Below are positions 41,844 to 54,830 of a DNA stretch of 64,000 nucleotides, piece by piece. Under the pieces are notes generated by a model, which saw only the letters and a program-made list of their open reading frames with translations, made no database searches and was not told where the DNA came from. This DNA is from Octopus sinensis (lineage: Eukaryota): contig NC_042999.1 in the NCBI RefSeq assembly GCF_006345805.1, positions 82,150,001 to 82,214,000 of the forward strand. The letters run 5' to 3'. Each line of letters starts with the position of its first letter. The first letter of the stretch is position 1. Position numbers and translations under genes: made by a program.

Positions 41844-43549
41844 ATATATATATTTCCGCATAAACATACGAACATAGATATACATATATTTGGTGTATGT
41901 GTTACTGTGCGTTTGCTTTATTTCGTGTTTGCGTGTATTTAGTGGAATATAGACATCACTTTACAGCATATCCGGCTTCTTTTTTACAATTTAGGTCTTA
42001 TCATTGAAATGAAAATATATTAATAATCATTTTACTTTTGACAGACAGGAACAAGGAAAAAGGAAACTAGTGAAAAAAATACACATTATTTATAGACCGT
42101 TATATTTTAGAGAATCTGAAGTCCTTATCAATACATAAACATATATATGAGACGTTGTTAAGTTGAGGTCTTTCCCAGACGTATTTGAAGCTTAACCTAC
42201 ATTTATTGTCTTCACGACTAATCTCTCATAACACATGATATCCTCTCACAAGTAACTGATATATATGGAACATACCTACCTACCTATTATATATATATAT
42301 GTAAGTATGTATGTAGCTATGTATGTATGCATGCATGTATGTGTGCATGTATGTATGTATGTGTATTTTTCAATGTTTACAAAAAATATGGGAAAAATAA
42401 ATCAATAGTTACCAGGGTAGCAAAAATTCACACACGAACCAAGGATGTAACAGTCTACTTATAGAGGTAGAAATTCCAGTTTGGGTGAAATATTTTTAAG
42501 AAACATCGATAAATAAATAAATGCGATAGTTAAATGCAACCCGTTTAACATATGTTTCGAAGAAAACATTGGTATTGTTCCAGAAGGAATAAAATGATAG
42601 AAAACCCTATCCTGATTTGGTGTGAGTTAATAATCGAATAACGTCTTCAAGAATAGCGTCTTTTTATAGCTTCACGTAACTAGTAAGGGAGTTTGAATTT
42701 GGTGTGCTTATCATATGGAATTGTCAACCAAACAGTTTTACTAGGACATACCTAGGACATATCTTGTCATTAGGGTAATTATCTTTAAAATTCCTTGATG
42801 TACCTTTATAACGAAAAAAGGGTCTTAAATAACTGTTATCTCTCTTACGCTGCAGAATTACATTACTCGATTTAGTGTTATCATTCGAACTAAAATTAAT
42901 ATTCTTAATATCGTTATGACTTGATTTAATGTCCAGATTAATAGAGGTAGAATTAATGTCGATAGGGTTAATATAGGTATTTTTTTTTCTTTATAGCCTG
43001 CTATAAAGGCAGAGTTATAAAGTTCAGTTTTATTCACAGTTTTGAATTAATCATGCATTATATCAATGCCTCAACACTGTGATGATGTGATTGTATATAT
43101 TTTTGTAATGACATTATAGAGTAAGGGAAAGTGGCTGAATATAGCCAATGCGGGTATAAAAGTGGTAGAATATTTGTGCCAGATATGCCAAGTTTAGATG
43201 CTAAAGGGTTAAAGAATATAACCTGCAGCTAGAATTATTAAAGAAGTAAAATAACAAATAATGAAAATGGAGAGCTTCTAACAACGCAAAAAGGTAAGTT
43301 TAGTTGTCTTTAAATATTTCAAACACAACAGTGAATCTTGAGAATTGAACGGCGGAAAAATGTAAGTTTATACAGAGTCTCTCCTTAAACTAGCAACCGG
43401 CCAGCCGATCAATTGATAATGTTGTTTGACTCAGGATATCTCATACTAAGAAGGCTTTATCATAAACGTTAGAATCGTGATCACCCAATTTATCTCATAT
43501 ATCATTCAACATATCTTGAGAGAATGATTTATGAAAAAGCTTGTTGCCT

Positions 43550-44150
43550 TTGCTGGCAAATCCACCGAGAAGTGACGGATCCCTTATATACTCGAACTGT
43601 TATTGTCGTTGACCACTTTTATACGGCTTGATGTCAAGATACCAAGATCTTGTTGTTCTTGTTATATCGCACAATGTATTGTTCTACTTACTTTTGTTTC
43701 TTGGGTGGTGGGGCTCAATCTTTAGTCACATCATGGAGACATATCTATGGCAGTTCGGTGTCTTGTAAATAGTTGTAACTCATAAACTTGGTATATCCTG
43801 ACTTCGCAAAAAGAGAAAAGCGTACAATATAGCTATTTATTTTAGAATGCTTGAAACGACTCTGATCAAAAATTATTTCATCTGGGGATTGATCTCTTTT
43901 CAATATAACAAAAGTTGGATAATTATTTCCGGATTATTTGTAAAATTGTTTATTTGAAAAATATATTTATTTCATTACAATCCTTAATATCTGCATAATA
44001 CCCTTCTCTGGAGGCCAATATCTTATGCTGATTACCTGTTATAATTGTGTTTTCTGTATTTACATAATGTTTTACATATACTGAGAGTATGTTGGTGCCT
44101 GTTGCCAAATGTTTAATAATTCTTATCCTGAAATATTTTTTGATATCCAT
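43550..44150 (-). pseudogene. Degraded Penelope-like reverse transcriptase
   Basis: GYYADIKD (YxDD region), NNYPTFV (thumb N.YHP), VTTIYKTPNCHRYV (T.IY.KPT...YL) and HHPRNK motifs appear in the expected order. Confidence 0.55.
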
Positions 44151-44474
44151 CTTTCGTAATTTTTAAGATAATAGAAATTGTAGTCCATCATTCTAGCATA
44201 CATGTAACATACTATATATTTATAAATCGTATTTTATTTTGAATGATTCAATTGCTTGTTCCCCTGTCTTCCCCTGTGGTTGCATAGGATCTTCAGGCAA
44301 AATATTACACATATGAATCATAACCTGCTTTAAAATCCAGTGCAACTGCAGCTGAAACTCAGAGTATAAAGAGGTTGACTGAACTAAAACAAAATATCTT
44401 AAGCTCTGTATGGTACTCAGCGCTCTTATTTCCGACAGTCAACGCTACACCGATACACACACATACTTTTAGAC

Positions 44475-44506
<32 letters not shown>

Positions 44507-44934
44507 TATATATTATATATATATATATTCTGTATGTAATGTATTTCAGCTATATTTATCGGCACACGAAAATGATAACGCCGATGCTGATGAACAACTA
44601 TTATACAGATCTATGAAACTGGCAATGCATCTTATAGTTCTATATCTTTTTTGATATATATAAAATTTACTGTAGTATTGAATGTTTCAATTTATGTTCG
44701 TGTGTGTATGTGTATGCGTGCTTCTATGTGAGAGTGTGTGTTATAAGCAAATGTCGCAGAAAGTTATAACAAGGGTTGGTTAATGGATAGCTGTGGTCAT
44801 AGCAACATAATATTCAAAATATTCAAAGAAACAAAATGTGAGACAGACAGACAGTTAGGTAGGTGTATTCATACAAACATAAATAATTGGTTGTATGGAG
44901 AACTAAACAGATAAACAAATAGATATGCGCATTT

Positions 44935-45006
44935 ATATATATATATGTCTGTGTTCTTATGCGTGTCTGTGTATTTATGTAGGTGCATGCATGTAGTTAT
45001 AATGTG

Positions 45007-45075
<69 letters not shown>

Positions 45076-45099
45076 CATGTATATATATATATATGTATA

Positions 45100-45137
<38 letters not shown>

Positions 45138-45246
45138 CATATATATATATGTATACATATATATACACACACACATATATACATATATACACACACACAC
45201 ACATATACATATATATATATATATATTATATATATATATATATAAT

Positions 45247-45278
<32 letters not shown>

Positions 45279-45286
45279 ATATATAT

Positions 45287-45317
<31 letters not shown>

Positions 45318-45320
45318 CAA
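44935..45320. repeat. Long interrupted (TA)n microsatellite
   Basis: Seen directly. Confidence 0.95.
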
Positions 45321-46159
45321 GCGACTATAATATTTATAAGCTTAATCACATTTTTGAAGGTATTCAGTCAGCAAATATTTCATTCGGTTTAATGCATCTT
45401 AGTTTTAGCGTTAAAGTGCTATCTTCATATATTAAACTATTTATACATCTCTACATCTAGACTTCTCAATTACCAAGAAATTGTAAGAGAAATAAAAGCT
45501 AGGAAGACGCCATTTTATCTAGTTTTCCTGCGGGTTACATTAACTGTCTTACTTGTCTTGAAAATCATAGTTTTTGTCGTAGATTACGTCTCTTAGTTTC
45601 CTACCACCAAATTATTCATCGTATTGATATCTTTCATTCTGGCTCCACTTTAAAGTTATATGTAACATAGCTTGCAGAGTTACTTACCAATTTTCAACCT
45701 ATATATGTCAATATGTTAACGCTTTTCCGTTTCCCTCTGCATGATTATTTGTATATGTGTATTGTATATGTGTCGATTTACATATACCTTTACATCTATT
45801 CATAAAAGCACTGGTATGAAAACATATATATGAATATATATATTGGCGCGAACATGCTATGTTAAAGATATCGTATTAATGACTAACGTTATTTTTTGTA
45901 AATTTATAACACAGTACCCAGCATCTCAGATTCATTCGATGAGATGATAAAAAAAAGTCTCTCATTTGCAATATATTCTTTATGTTAAACTCTAGAAAGA
46001 TTTTTTCTTTGATGTGGGATGTACTACATTATACATATATATATGTCTGCGGACAGAGAATTTTATAACGGATAAAAACTCTGCAAATGGTATAAAATAC
46101 GAAGATATTAAATTTTTAGTCGGACGATGAAAATGATAATGTCTATTGTTTTCTACTTC

Positions 46160-46385
46160 GTTACTGTGGTGCTATTATTATTATTATTACTATTATTATT
46201 ATTATTATTATATATTATTATTATTATTATTATTGTTATTATTATTATTATTATTATTTTATTATTATATTATTATTATTATATTATTATTATTGTTATA
46301 TTATTATTATTATATTATTATTATTATTATTATTGAGTGAGAGAGCAGTGCATGCCATCAAAGTGACTATTATTATTATTATTAC

Positions 46386-46434
<49 letters not shown>

Positions 46435-46662
46435 GTTATTATTTTGGCTTGGCTCAGATTCGGTTATCTTCATGGTAGGAATTATGTGAATAGCAGGTTA
46501 TTACATATAACCTTAGGCTTCCACAAGTTTTCAGCTGTCTTTCAAGTGCTTCGAACCCCCGTGATAATCTTGATTATTAATATTGCTGTAGTTGTTGTTG
46601 TTGTTTTTGTTGTTTTTGCTGCTGTTGTTGTTGTTGTTGTTATTATTATTATTATTATTATT
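46160..46662. repeat. (TAT)n/(GTT)n arrays with short unique inserts
   Basis: Seen directly. Inserts at about 46335-46366 and 46444-46575. Confidence 0.9.
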
Positions 46663-47718
46663 CAGTAGTTTTATTTTTATAGCGTGCTTTCACTTCACTA
46701 CCGTGCGCAGCTCTGTGTGCCTTGGGTATGTGCTGTGATTTGTTGTGATGCTCTGATGGTTATTGTATGGAAAGTGTTCTGCGTAGGATGTGTGCAGTAC
46801 CTAGCAGTGTAATTTTCTGTATGTTATATGTGTTTGTAAGTCCTGGTGTTTTTGTTATGTATTTGTCTGAATATTTTTTTATCATGCCTAATGCACCTGC
46901 TATGATAGGAATTGTTTCTGTTTTCAGATTCCACATTCTAGTTACCTCTATTTCCAGGTCTTTGTATTTTGAGAGTTTCTCCATTTCTTTTAGAGACACG
47001 TTGTCATCTGCCGGTATTGATACATCAATTAGAAAACATTTTTTTCTTCATGATCTCTGACAACTATATCTGGTCTGTTGGCCTTAATTTCTCTATCTGT
47101 GTGTATCGGCATATCCCAGAGTATGGTTGCTTTCTCGTTTTCTGTGACCTTTTCTGGTGTGTGCCTATACCATCTTTTTTCTGTTGTTATTCCATAATAT
47201 TGGCATACCTTCCAATGTATGTAGGTTCCAACTCTGTCATGTCTGTGAATACATTCCTTCTTAGCCAGGACTGGGCAGCTAGAGATAATATGATTTATTG
47301 TTTCTTGTCCATCTCCACATATTCTGCAGTTACTTGTAATATTTCTTTTCATTACATGTTTTTGGTAATTTCTGGTGGGAGGATTTGGTCTTGTGCTGCA
47401 ATCAAAAATCCCTCTGTTTCTGCTTTGAGTCCTGAGCTTCTCAACCATTGCTGGGATTTTTCTTTGTCTATTTCTTTTGCGTTTAGTTTAGTGCAGTATT
47501 TACCATGAAGGGGCTTTTCTTGCCATCGTTTTATCATGGTTCGTTGCTGTTCTATTTTTAGTTTGGATTTCATTTGTTTTATAGCTTTTGTTGTTTCTTC
47601 ATCTTTTTCTTCTTCTTCTTCATGTTTATTAGGTGATATGATTTCTTGTTTGTATTTGTCAGCTTCCTTAAATACTGAGAACAGTTTTTTGTTTTGCTCG
47701 TGTTTTGCCGCTATCTGG

Positions 47719-47720
<2 letters not shown>
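46663..47720 (-). mobile_element. 5'-truncated R4/Dong non-LTR retrotransposon (RLE domain), subfamily 1
   Basis: ETEGFLIAAQDQ, CRICGDGQETINHIISSC, RHDRV, NRPDIVV and KYKDL..ALLGTAHILRR motifs, with frameshifts. Inserted in (TAA)n. Confidence 0.92.
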
Positions 47721-47769
<49 letters not shown>

Positions 47770-47771
<2 letters not shown>

Positions 47772-48390
47772 AGACATCGCAGTATGCAATAACGTGAGGT
47801 TGTTGAATGAAGTGTGTCTAGCGGGGATTTGTACTGTTTGTCAAATCACAACAAAGAACTCAGACATTACTGTATGCAATATGCATGCAGTTCCAAGTAA
47901 CGCGGACTTTTACAATACACCTAGATTGTATGATATTTCTAATGTCTTCAGATATTTTTTCACATTAGGTGGTATTGAACCCAATGCTCCGATGACGATA
48001 GGGATGACCTTTATGCTTGACTCTCGTAGCTGCCACATCTTAGCGATCTCACTTCACAGGTTTCCATAGTTATCAACCTTTCCTCTTTCTTTCATGGTGA
48101 TATTAGGCACTCTCGCTTGTCTCTCCTAAACGTTACTATATCCGGCCTTCGGAGCTCTAATACCTTATCTGTCTGGAAGTCAAAGTCCCAGAGGATTTTT
48201 GCCTTCCCCTTTTCGTCCATTGCCTTTTCCGGTGTATATTGGTAAGAATGACCCGCAACCTCTCATCCATACTTACGACATAGCAGCCAGTGGGAATTTT
48301 GGGTTACCTTGTCATGTCTACGTTTGTATTCTTTCTGCGTAAGATTTTCACAAGCACTAACGATGTGAATCTCGCTTTCTACCCTCTTCC
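47770..48390 (-). mobile_element. 5'-truncated R4/Dong element, subfamily 2
   Basis: HIVSACENLTQKEYKRRHDKV, ILWDFDFQTDKV..RRPDIV, VIPIVIGALGSIP and KSALLGTACIL motifs. Flanked by (TAT)n. Confidence 0.85.
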
Positions 48391-48391
48391 C

Positions 48392-48460
<69 letters not shown>

Positions 48461-48523
48461 TAGTTTTATTTTTATTTTTATTATTATTATTATTCAGTAG
48501 TTTTATTTTTATTTTTATTATTA

Positions 48524-48560
<37 letters not shown>

Positions 48561-48574
48561 GTTGTTGTTGTTGT

Positions 48575-48740
48575 TATTCCTTCGTAACCTAGTGTAGGTA
48601 AATATGCACTGGAGTCTTTAGTCATCTGTCAAGTCACAACAATAAGGACCTCAGAGAGAAAATAACCTTTTCCTTAAGATGTGTGTCGGGCTCAATCCCA
48701 ATAAAACTTCAAGATTTCTTAAGGCAACTGGAAATCTGAT
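48575..48740 (-). mobile_element. Short 3' fragment of a third R4/Dong element
   Basis: LLGLSPTHILRKRL resembles LLGTAHILRKVL, followed by a GTCCTTATTGTTGTGACTTGA-type 3' UTR abutting a TAA/AAC array. Confidence 0.5.
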
Positions 48741-48789
48741 GCAAAATTGATGTCTTGCAAAAACAGCCTTATTGGGTACAACGCAATAT

Positions 48790-49045
48790 CATCTTTGCTT
48801 TTCATCCTTTCACGGTCTATTAGATACTAGTTGAGTACTGGGACAAAGCTAATGGACTAGCTGGCTCCCACGAAAGTTTTAGGCTTTGAGCCTAAAACTT
48901 GGTGGGAATTTTGAGCCTGAAACTTGATAGAATAATTAGTAGGCTTACAAAAAATGGTTCGACTAAAACCCCTTACAGCGGTGCTCCAACATGGCTGCAA
49001 TCAAATAACTGAAAACAAATAAAAGATCAAAAGAATAAAAGAGTT
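48790..49045 (+). mobile_element. Decayed SINE pieces (family A core and family B tail)
   Basis: TTTGCTTTTCATCCTTTC and GCGGTGCTCCAACATGGCTGCAATCAAAT..AAAAGAATAAAAGA. Confidence 0.6.
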
Positions 49046-49849
49046 TGATGTAAATGAATAAATTTAACTGTTAAAAATTCAAATCTGGAGTGATCGATAA
49101 CATTCACCTTACTGACTTTAATGTGATAGCCACACAGGTCATCAACACTATATGTTTAGGTGAGGCAATAATGGTCAACATACATTTTTTATGGATTCGG
49201 AAAATTTCCTGTCCCAAATTTGCAAGCAAGTAGCAGTAAAATTTGAAAAATATTAGAGCGACAGATATAGAAGAGAGTCGTTGACGCAATATAAATTCAT
49301 TAAAATTTAAAGCTGAACTACTTGTATAGTTAGATGATAAACTTACAAGAAGCTGTTTAACCATTAGTTGACAATTCCTAGCATAATAATAAGAATCACA
49401 ATTATCAACTCCAAATATCAGTCAACATATTAAAAGATCTGTTATGAAGCATTCCTACAACCATACTCAAGAAATTTTCCGACGTTTTATAATACCAAAA
49501 GAGAACTAAAAGATAATTATTTAACAAACAGAAGCAGAATAGTTCGTTTTTTTTCGTTTAAATCATGAAAAAAGGAATAGGAAATAACTTTAAAATAGAT
49601 GAAAGTATTAAGAACATACTTAATGGTAGAAGTAAAAATGTAAAAAAAAATGGAAGATATCTTACAAATTTATTTGGAAAGAAATTTTCATTGAGATGAT
49701 AATCAAGACAGTGACAATTATTTTTTTCCAATATTGACAAAGATATAGAAGAGATTTGTTGTAAATGGCCAGCGGCTAAAGGACAAATAAATACAATTGA
49801 AAGTGTTTGAAACATATTTGAGTTGATAATTAAGTAAATAAATAAATAA

Positions 49850-50330
49850 AACAAAATACACATTCCTGTGCAAAGATGTACCAACAAATGTGTAACGAGT
49901 ATATAGCGTCATGTCGATCATCGCCTAGGTGAGCATTTACCGACTCGATCGCGTTCCAGCATAGGGTTCGGGATATCAGCAGAGCAAAAATCTTATTTCC
50001 GAAGTTCATTAATGATGAGTTTTCAACTGACTCTCCAGCAGTGGCCCTCCAAAAGGTATGCATTTCTGTCTGAGAACCTTAAAGATTACATGAAATTGTT
50101 ATAGTTTCTTTGATTCGTAGAACTCTACGATAAGATGCGTTAAGAAAGGCCAGCAGTAACCGAGTGTAAGTGGCATAACCGCGTCTCTGAGAGTACACCA
50201 AAGCAGTACATTGGTACGATTGCACGATTCGACAGGGGCACAGAAGAATCCTTTGTTCAAATTATCAATCAAGAATGACTTCCAAACGGCACACAGTCGA
50301 CAACAGACCAGGCTTTCATGAATGAGACAA
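49850..50330 (-). pseudogene. Degraded LINE RT fragment
   Basis: SLMNFGNKIFALLISRTL resembles ISLLSIAGKIFARILLNRL, and DAIYSLH resembles DMIFTLR. Confidence 0.5.
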
Positions 50331-52544
50331 ATTTTTAATCTACTTCGGTAGGTTTTGTTATTATAGTATACATGCTATTCTCTGACTAATCTTATTTACT
50401 GCTTCTGATTGTTGCAGATGCAGTAAGTCTTTGAGGTGTTGACATAAAGACTAATAACTTCTATCAATTTTTAAAAGGTCATGATTGGGTCGGTGAAGAG
50501 AATGATTGGACCAGGATGATCTGTACTTGTTACTGAAGGGGCTGAGTGACGAAGGGAAGGGGACTCTGTGAGTGATTTGTAAACGTTAAGATTTTTGAGT
50601 GAAATATGAAATACGTAGTTCATAGATACGATAAAGCTGATATATTAAAAATACAAAACTTGATAACTATTTGACCAGTATGCACTAAAAGAGATATAGA
50701 TATACTAGACTGCTTTAAGAAGATGAGTCTATGAATATTTTTATATTTATACACATATCCAAATGGATATATATATATATATTTACACAAGTTCGCGAAG
50801 AACCACATGTATGCACACATATATATCGGTGTGTTTCTGTATGTATGTATGTATGTATGTATGTATGTATGTATGTATGTATGTATGTATGTATGTATGT
50901 ATGCATGTATGTATATGTATGCATAAAAGTAAGTAAATGCAGGCAAATGGTTGTAATATAAGAAAGAAATGAATGGTAATGTTTTTAAGTTCTGAATTAT
51001 TTACGGGTGTATGCGCATATTCTGTATAAAATGACCTTTAGGAATCTGTTGCTTGTAAAATGTCTCATATCATCCAGTTTTCCATAATTTACGCTGCAAT
51101 AAGATTTTCCCGATTTAAGATTTTAACTTCAGATTTAGCAATCCAATTGAAAGAATAGAAAATTGGATTGGCCTATTATCAGCCTCTAAATGTAATTAAA
51201 GAAGTTCACTATTCTATAATAAGTTCTAAATTTATCTGACGGAACATTATATCGAACATTGAAAAGGCTTATACTTGTGTATGTGCGTGTGTGTGTGTAT
51301 GTGTTTGTGTGTTATATGAGTTATAACTATATATATTTTTCTGGGAAACATACCAATAAAAATATCCACTGACAGACAAATATATTAGTTAAGCATACCA
51401 ATATGGGGAACTTTGTTAACCTCAACATTGTTAAGAAAGTTTGTGTGTGTTAGGTGTTGGTTAAAAATATGAATTCGTTTCTTAGATTCTTTATTAAAAA
51501 CCTGATGATGTATTTTCATACGAAGAACATTAAAAAACAATTTAAAGTGTCTGTAGATCAGCAAGGTAGTAATAGTAACTTTAAATGGAGGTGGAAAGCA
51601 AATTAAGCATGTAAAATTACAAAAGGAAATCTCCAATATGAGACGTGCCGGCTTGTCTAAACACCTATAAATACATATATACACGTTTAAACTCATTCAC
51701 ACATATCTTTTCATATTTCTTTTACTAAATTGAAGCTATGAGACTCTAATAATTCTTTATAATCATCATGGACGTTCGTGACACATAATATCTCTCACAA
51801 GAATTGAAACCGCCTGTTTTAAATCATAATGTATTTACTCAATTTATCTTATTATAAAGTATCTTTCATTTGGTGGATGGCTTTGAAACTGCTCAAGGAG
51901 AAGTATTAAATGGTGTAGTCTTTTCAAGTTGTTCGGTAAAAAAGAAAAATCATAGTTTGAATGCTGCTCAGATTAAGGTGTCGTCACCTTAAATTTTCAT
52001 CACACAAACATATTTCAAGACGTCTTTTTTCTTTTCAGTATGGTTCCTTTGATATGCTTCACAACAATTTCATTCAGAGATAGATATAATCTATAATCCA
52101 TTTACCTACAATAAATTTAATTTCCCTATACTTGTTCCTGTAAATAATTGTCAAATACACTTTATAAAAGCTTTTTTTTTGTTTTTATTTTGCTTTTTGT
52201 GAAATGATGGAGCTGGTGGAAGGTACATTTCTGTGATGTTTCTTAATTAGTTGTCAGATAAAATTGTCGATTTTTGTTATTTTATTAACCAATTCGAATT
52301 TTTCAATTTTATTATTAAATTAGAATATACAGACGCTGAATTTCGTTGTAAATATGGCTACCAAATGGTTTCCATCATTATTGTTGATTTTGTTGTTTAT
52401 AATATTATATACAATATATATGGTTAGAACATTTTAACAAATACGAAATATATATATCTCTTAAACGTTATATATGATTGGATAATTCGCATTGTTCTGT
52501 ATTATATATTTCATGATCAAAATTTTTTGTGGATCTTTTTCTGC

Positions 52545-53520
52545 ATATATATATACGCCCCCTCACTCACCCGAGGTGGCCTTCAATATAGGTAAATATT
52601 TCCTAGCACTGATAGATAGACATTTTCCAGTTAACCATGCTTATAGGAAACTCTTCAATAGACACAATTTAAAAATTAGTTTTAGTTCAACTACCAATTT
52701 TAAAAACATAATCAATCATAACATACAAAAAACACAAGAAGAAAACAGCTGTTCATGCAGGAATAAAGAATTGTGCCCGCTAAATGGAGCTTGCATGTCC
52801 AAGATCATCATATATGAAGCTACCGTAAACTCTATAACCACTAAAGACACCGTTTCGACGAAGAAATACGTGGGCCTGACAGAGGGTAATTTCAAGGCCA
52901 GGTTCAATAACCACACTTTGAGCTTTAGGCACTGGAACAAAAGAAAAGCGACACAATTATCCAATCATATTTGGTCTTTAAGAGATAAAGGTGTCGATTA
53001 TAAATACAATGGAAGATTTTGGCCAGAGATGTAAGCCCTATACTAACGGCAGCGGAAGGTGCGGTTTATGCGACATGGAGAGATGGCTTATCTGGAAAAG
53101 CAGCTTAGACCCTACCACATGTCTAAATACAAGGACAGAGCTTTTCGGATCATGCCCACATGTGACTAAATTTCTGTTACGTTTTTGGTCCCCTAAAGAA
53201 AACGGATAGAACATGCTTCTATGTGTTATGTCCCAAGAAGATTTTATATTTTTTATATATTTATATATTTTTATGTATTTTTATATAATTTAGTATGACG
53301 AAAAATGCGAGCGATGTATAAGTACGCAGGCAAAGCAGAGTTATAACAGAGTAATTTCCCTTCATTTTTAACGGTATTTTTTCATAACGTTTTCAAATAG
53401 CCAGATAACGAAGAGATGGTGTTGTGGATTTCCACTTCGGCATCTGAAACTCAGAATTTTATCTTGACTACCGAGTAATGTAACTATTGTATAGATAAAT
53501 TTCCTCTATTTACATAATAT
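52545..53520 (+). mobile_element. 5'-truncated Naiad-type Penelope-like element: GIY-YIG ORF (frameshifted near 53000-53030) plus pLTR
   Basis: PP..NIGK, CSCRNKELCPLNGAC, IIYEATV..KKYVGLTEGNFKARFNNH, TQLSNHIWSL, CGLCDMER and LNTRTELFGSCPH motifs. Confidence 0.88.
53401..53468 (+). ncRNA. Decayed HHR downstream of the Naiad ORF
   Basis: AGATAA-CGAAGA-GATG..GTGGAtttCCAC..CATC-T-GAAAC-TCA-GAAT-T-TTATCT. Stems I and II are present; core and stem III are mutated. Confidence 0.45.
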
Positions 53521-53559
53521 TGAGGTCTCTTTCTTTCTTTTGTTATCTTACCGTTTTAT

Positions 53560-53641
<82 letters not shown>

Positions 53642-53644
53642 TAT

Positions 53645-53800
53645 GAGTAAGCACATAAATGTGAAACAAGGTGGAAAAAGAGTACTAAAATACCAGAGGT
53701 AGAGTATATATTTTATTTAAAAGCAGCGGAAATATAACAAAAGCTGTTACTCAGAGTTTCACGTTCACGTTCGTTGGACAGTTTTGTTATAAGTGGAGCA
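53645..53800 (-). mobile_element. PLE pseudo-LTR of another family, convergent with the Naiad element
   Basis: Carries an HHR and ends in (TA)n. Confidence 0.6.
53744..53781 (-). ncRNA. Minimal type I HHR, probably inactive (G5 to A)
   Basis: CTGT-CCAACGA-ACG-TGAA-CGT-GAAA-CTC-T-GAG-TA-ACAG. All three stems pair. Confidence 0.7.
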
Positions 53801-54150
53801 GAAAAAACGATATAATCAAAAATAGTTAAAGGATACACCTTTAAAAATGGATTTGTTTCATTGGTCTTTTCAAATAACGGTCTTAATCATGCAATGAACA
53901 AAATAAATGAATTCAGTATAAATTAATTCCTATGGTAAAATCCAAGAAAACCTTAAATCGAAGATTAGATTCAAAATACATATTGTACATAATTATATAC
54001 GAAATATATGTTAATTAATACATTAAAATTAAAATTAAAATTTTCACGCTGCATTGCATAAATATTTTACAACAGTATATACCCATACTGGACCATCTGT
54101 AATATACATATATACATCAAAATAGACAGATGCATGCACATATTACATAC

Positions 54151-54565
54151 ATAGGCGCAGGAGTGGCTGTGTGGTAAGTAGCTTGCTTACCAACCACATA
54201 GTTCCGGGTTCAGTCCCACTGCGTGGCACCTTGGGCAAGTGTCTTCTACTATAGCCTCGGGCCGACCAATGCCTTGTGAGTGGATTTGGTAGACGGAAAC
54301 TGAAAGAAGCCTGTCGTATATATGTATGTATATATATATGTATGTGTGTGTATGTTTGTGTGTCTGTGTTTGTCCCCCTAGCATTGCTTGACAACCGATG
54401 CTGGTGTGTTTGCGTCCCCATAACTTAGCGGTTCGGCAAAAGAGACCGATAGAATAAGTACTGGGCTTACAAAGAATAAGTCCCGGGGTCGAGTTGCTCG
54501 ATTAAAGGCGGTGCTCCAGCATGGCCGCAGTCAAATGACTGAAACAAGTAGAGGAGTAAAAGAGT
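54151..54565 (+). mobile_element. Full-length young SINE family B (CORE-like)
   Basis: TAGGCGCAGGAGTGGCTGTGTGGTAAG (A box), GGTTCAGTCCC (B box), CCTTGGGCAAGTGTCTT, and a (GAGTAAAA)n-like tail. Confidence 0.92.
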
Positions 54566-54744
54566 ACATATACATGCGTATATTTATGTAAGACATAAAT
54601 ATACGCACAAATACACATATACATATATGCACGTAATAATTCCCTCGTACAAAAATCTCTTGGTGTATACATATAGAAGTGAGTTATAACAGACAAGAGA
54701 GATAGGAAGTGTATCTTAGACGTAGGGAGGGGGAAAGAAAAAGA

Positions 54745-54830
54745 AAATAAGAACTCAGAACGTAAAAATCAGTGGAAACGCCTATAGGCAATTTGCCCGG
54801 CGTGCGAACGATTCTGCCAGCTCGCCGCTT
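54745..54830 (-). mobile_element. SINE family A 5' fragment
   Basis: Reverse complement reads GCGGCGAGCTGGCAGAATCGTT...TTACGTTCTGAGTTC. Confidence 0.8.

Noticed and set aside
49400-49860. A-rich degenerate ORF-like stretch as another PLE endonuclease remnant (also 39450-39950)
   Set aside because: Only vague motif resemblance; would need a profile search to support.
49933-50055. Plus-strand open frame AFTDSIAFQHRV...ALQK ending at a GTATGC donor
   Set aside because: It is the antisense frame of a decayed LINE RT fragment.
51498-51530. CTGATGA-T-GTAT-TTTC-ATAC-GAAG HHR-like motif (similar weak hits at about 3995, 10340, 23845, 42545, 44584 and 58250)
   Set aside because: Each lacks at least one of GAAA, NUH, stem I or stem II. 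They may be decayed HHRs but cannot be supported individually.
53290-53345. ATGAC...AAA...GAG as a SECIS element for the Naiad ORF
   Set aside because: Helix II does not pair and the ORF has no in-frame TGA at Cys positions.
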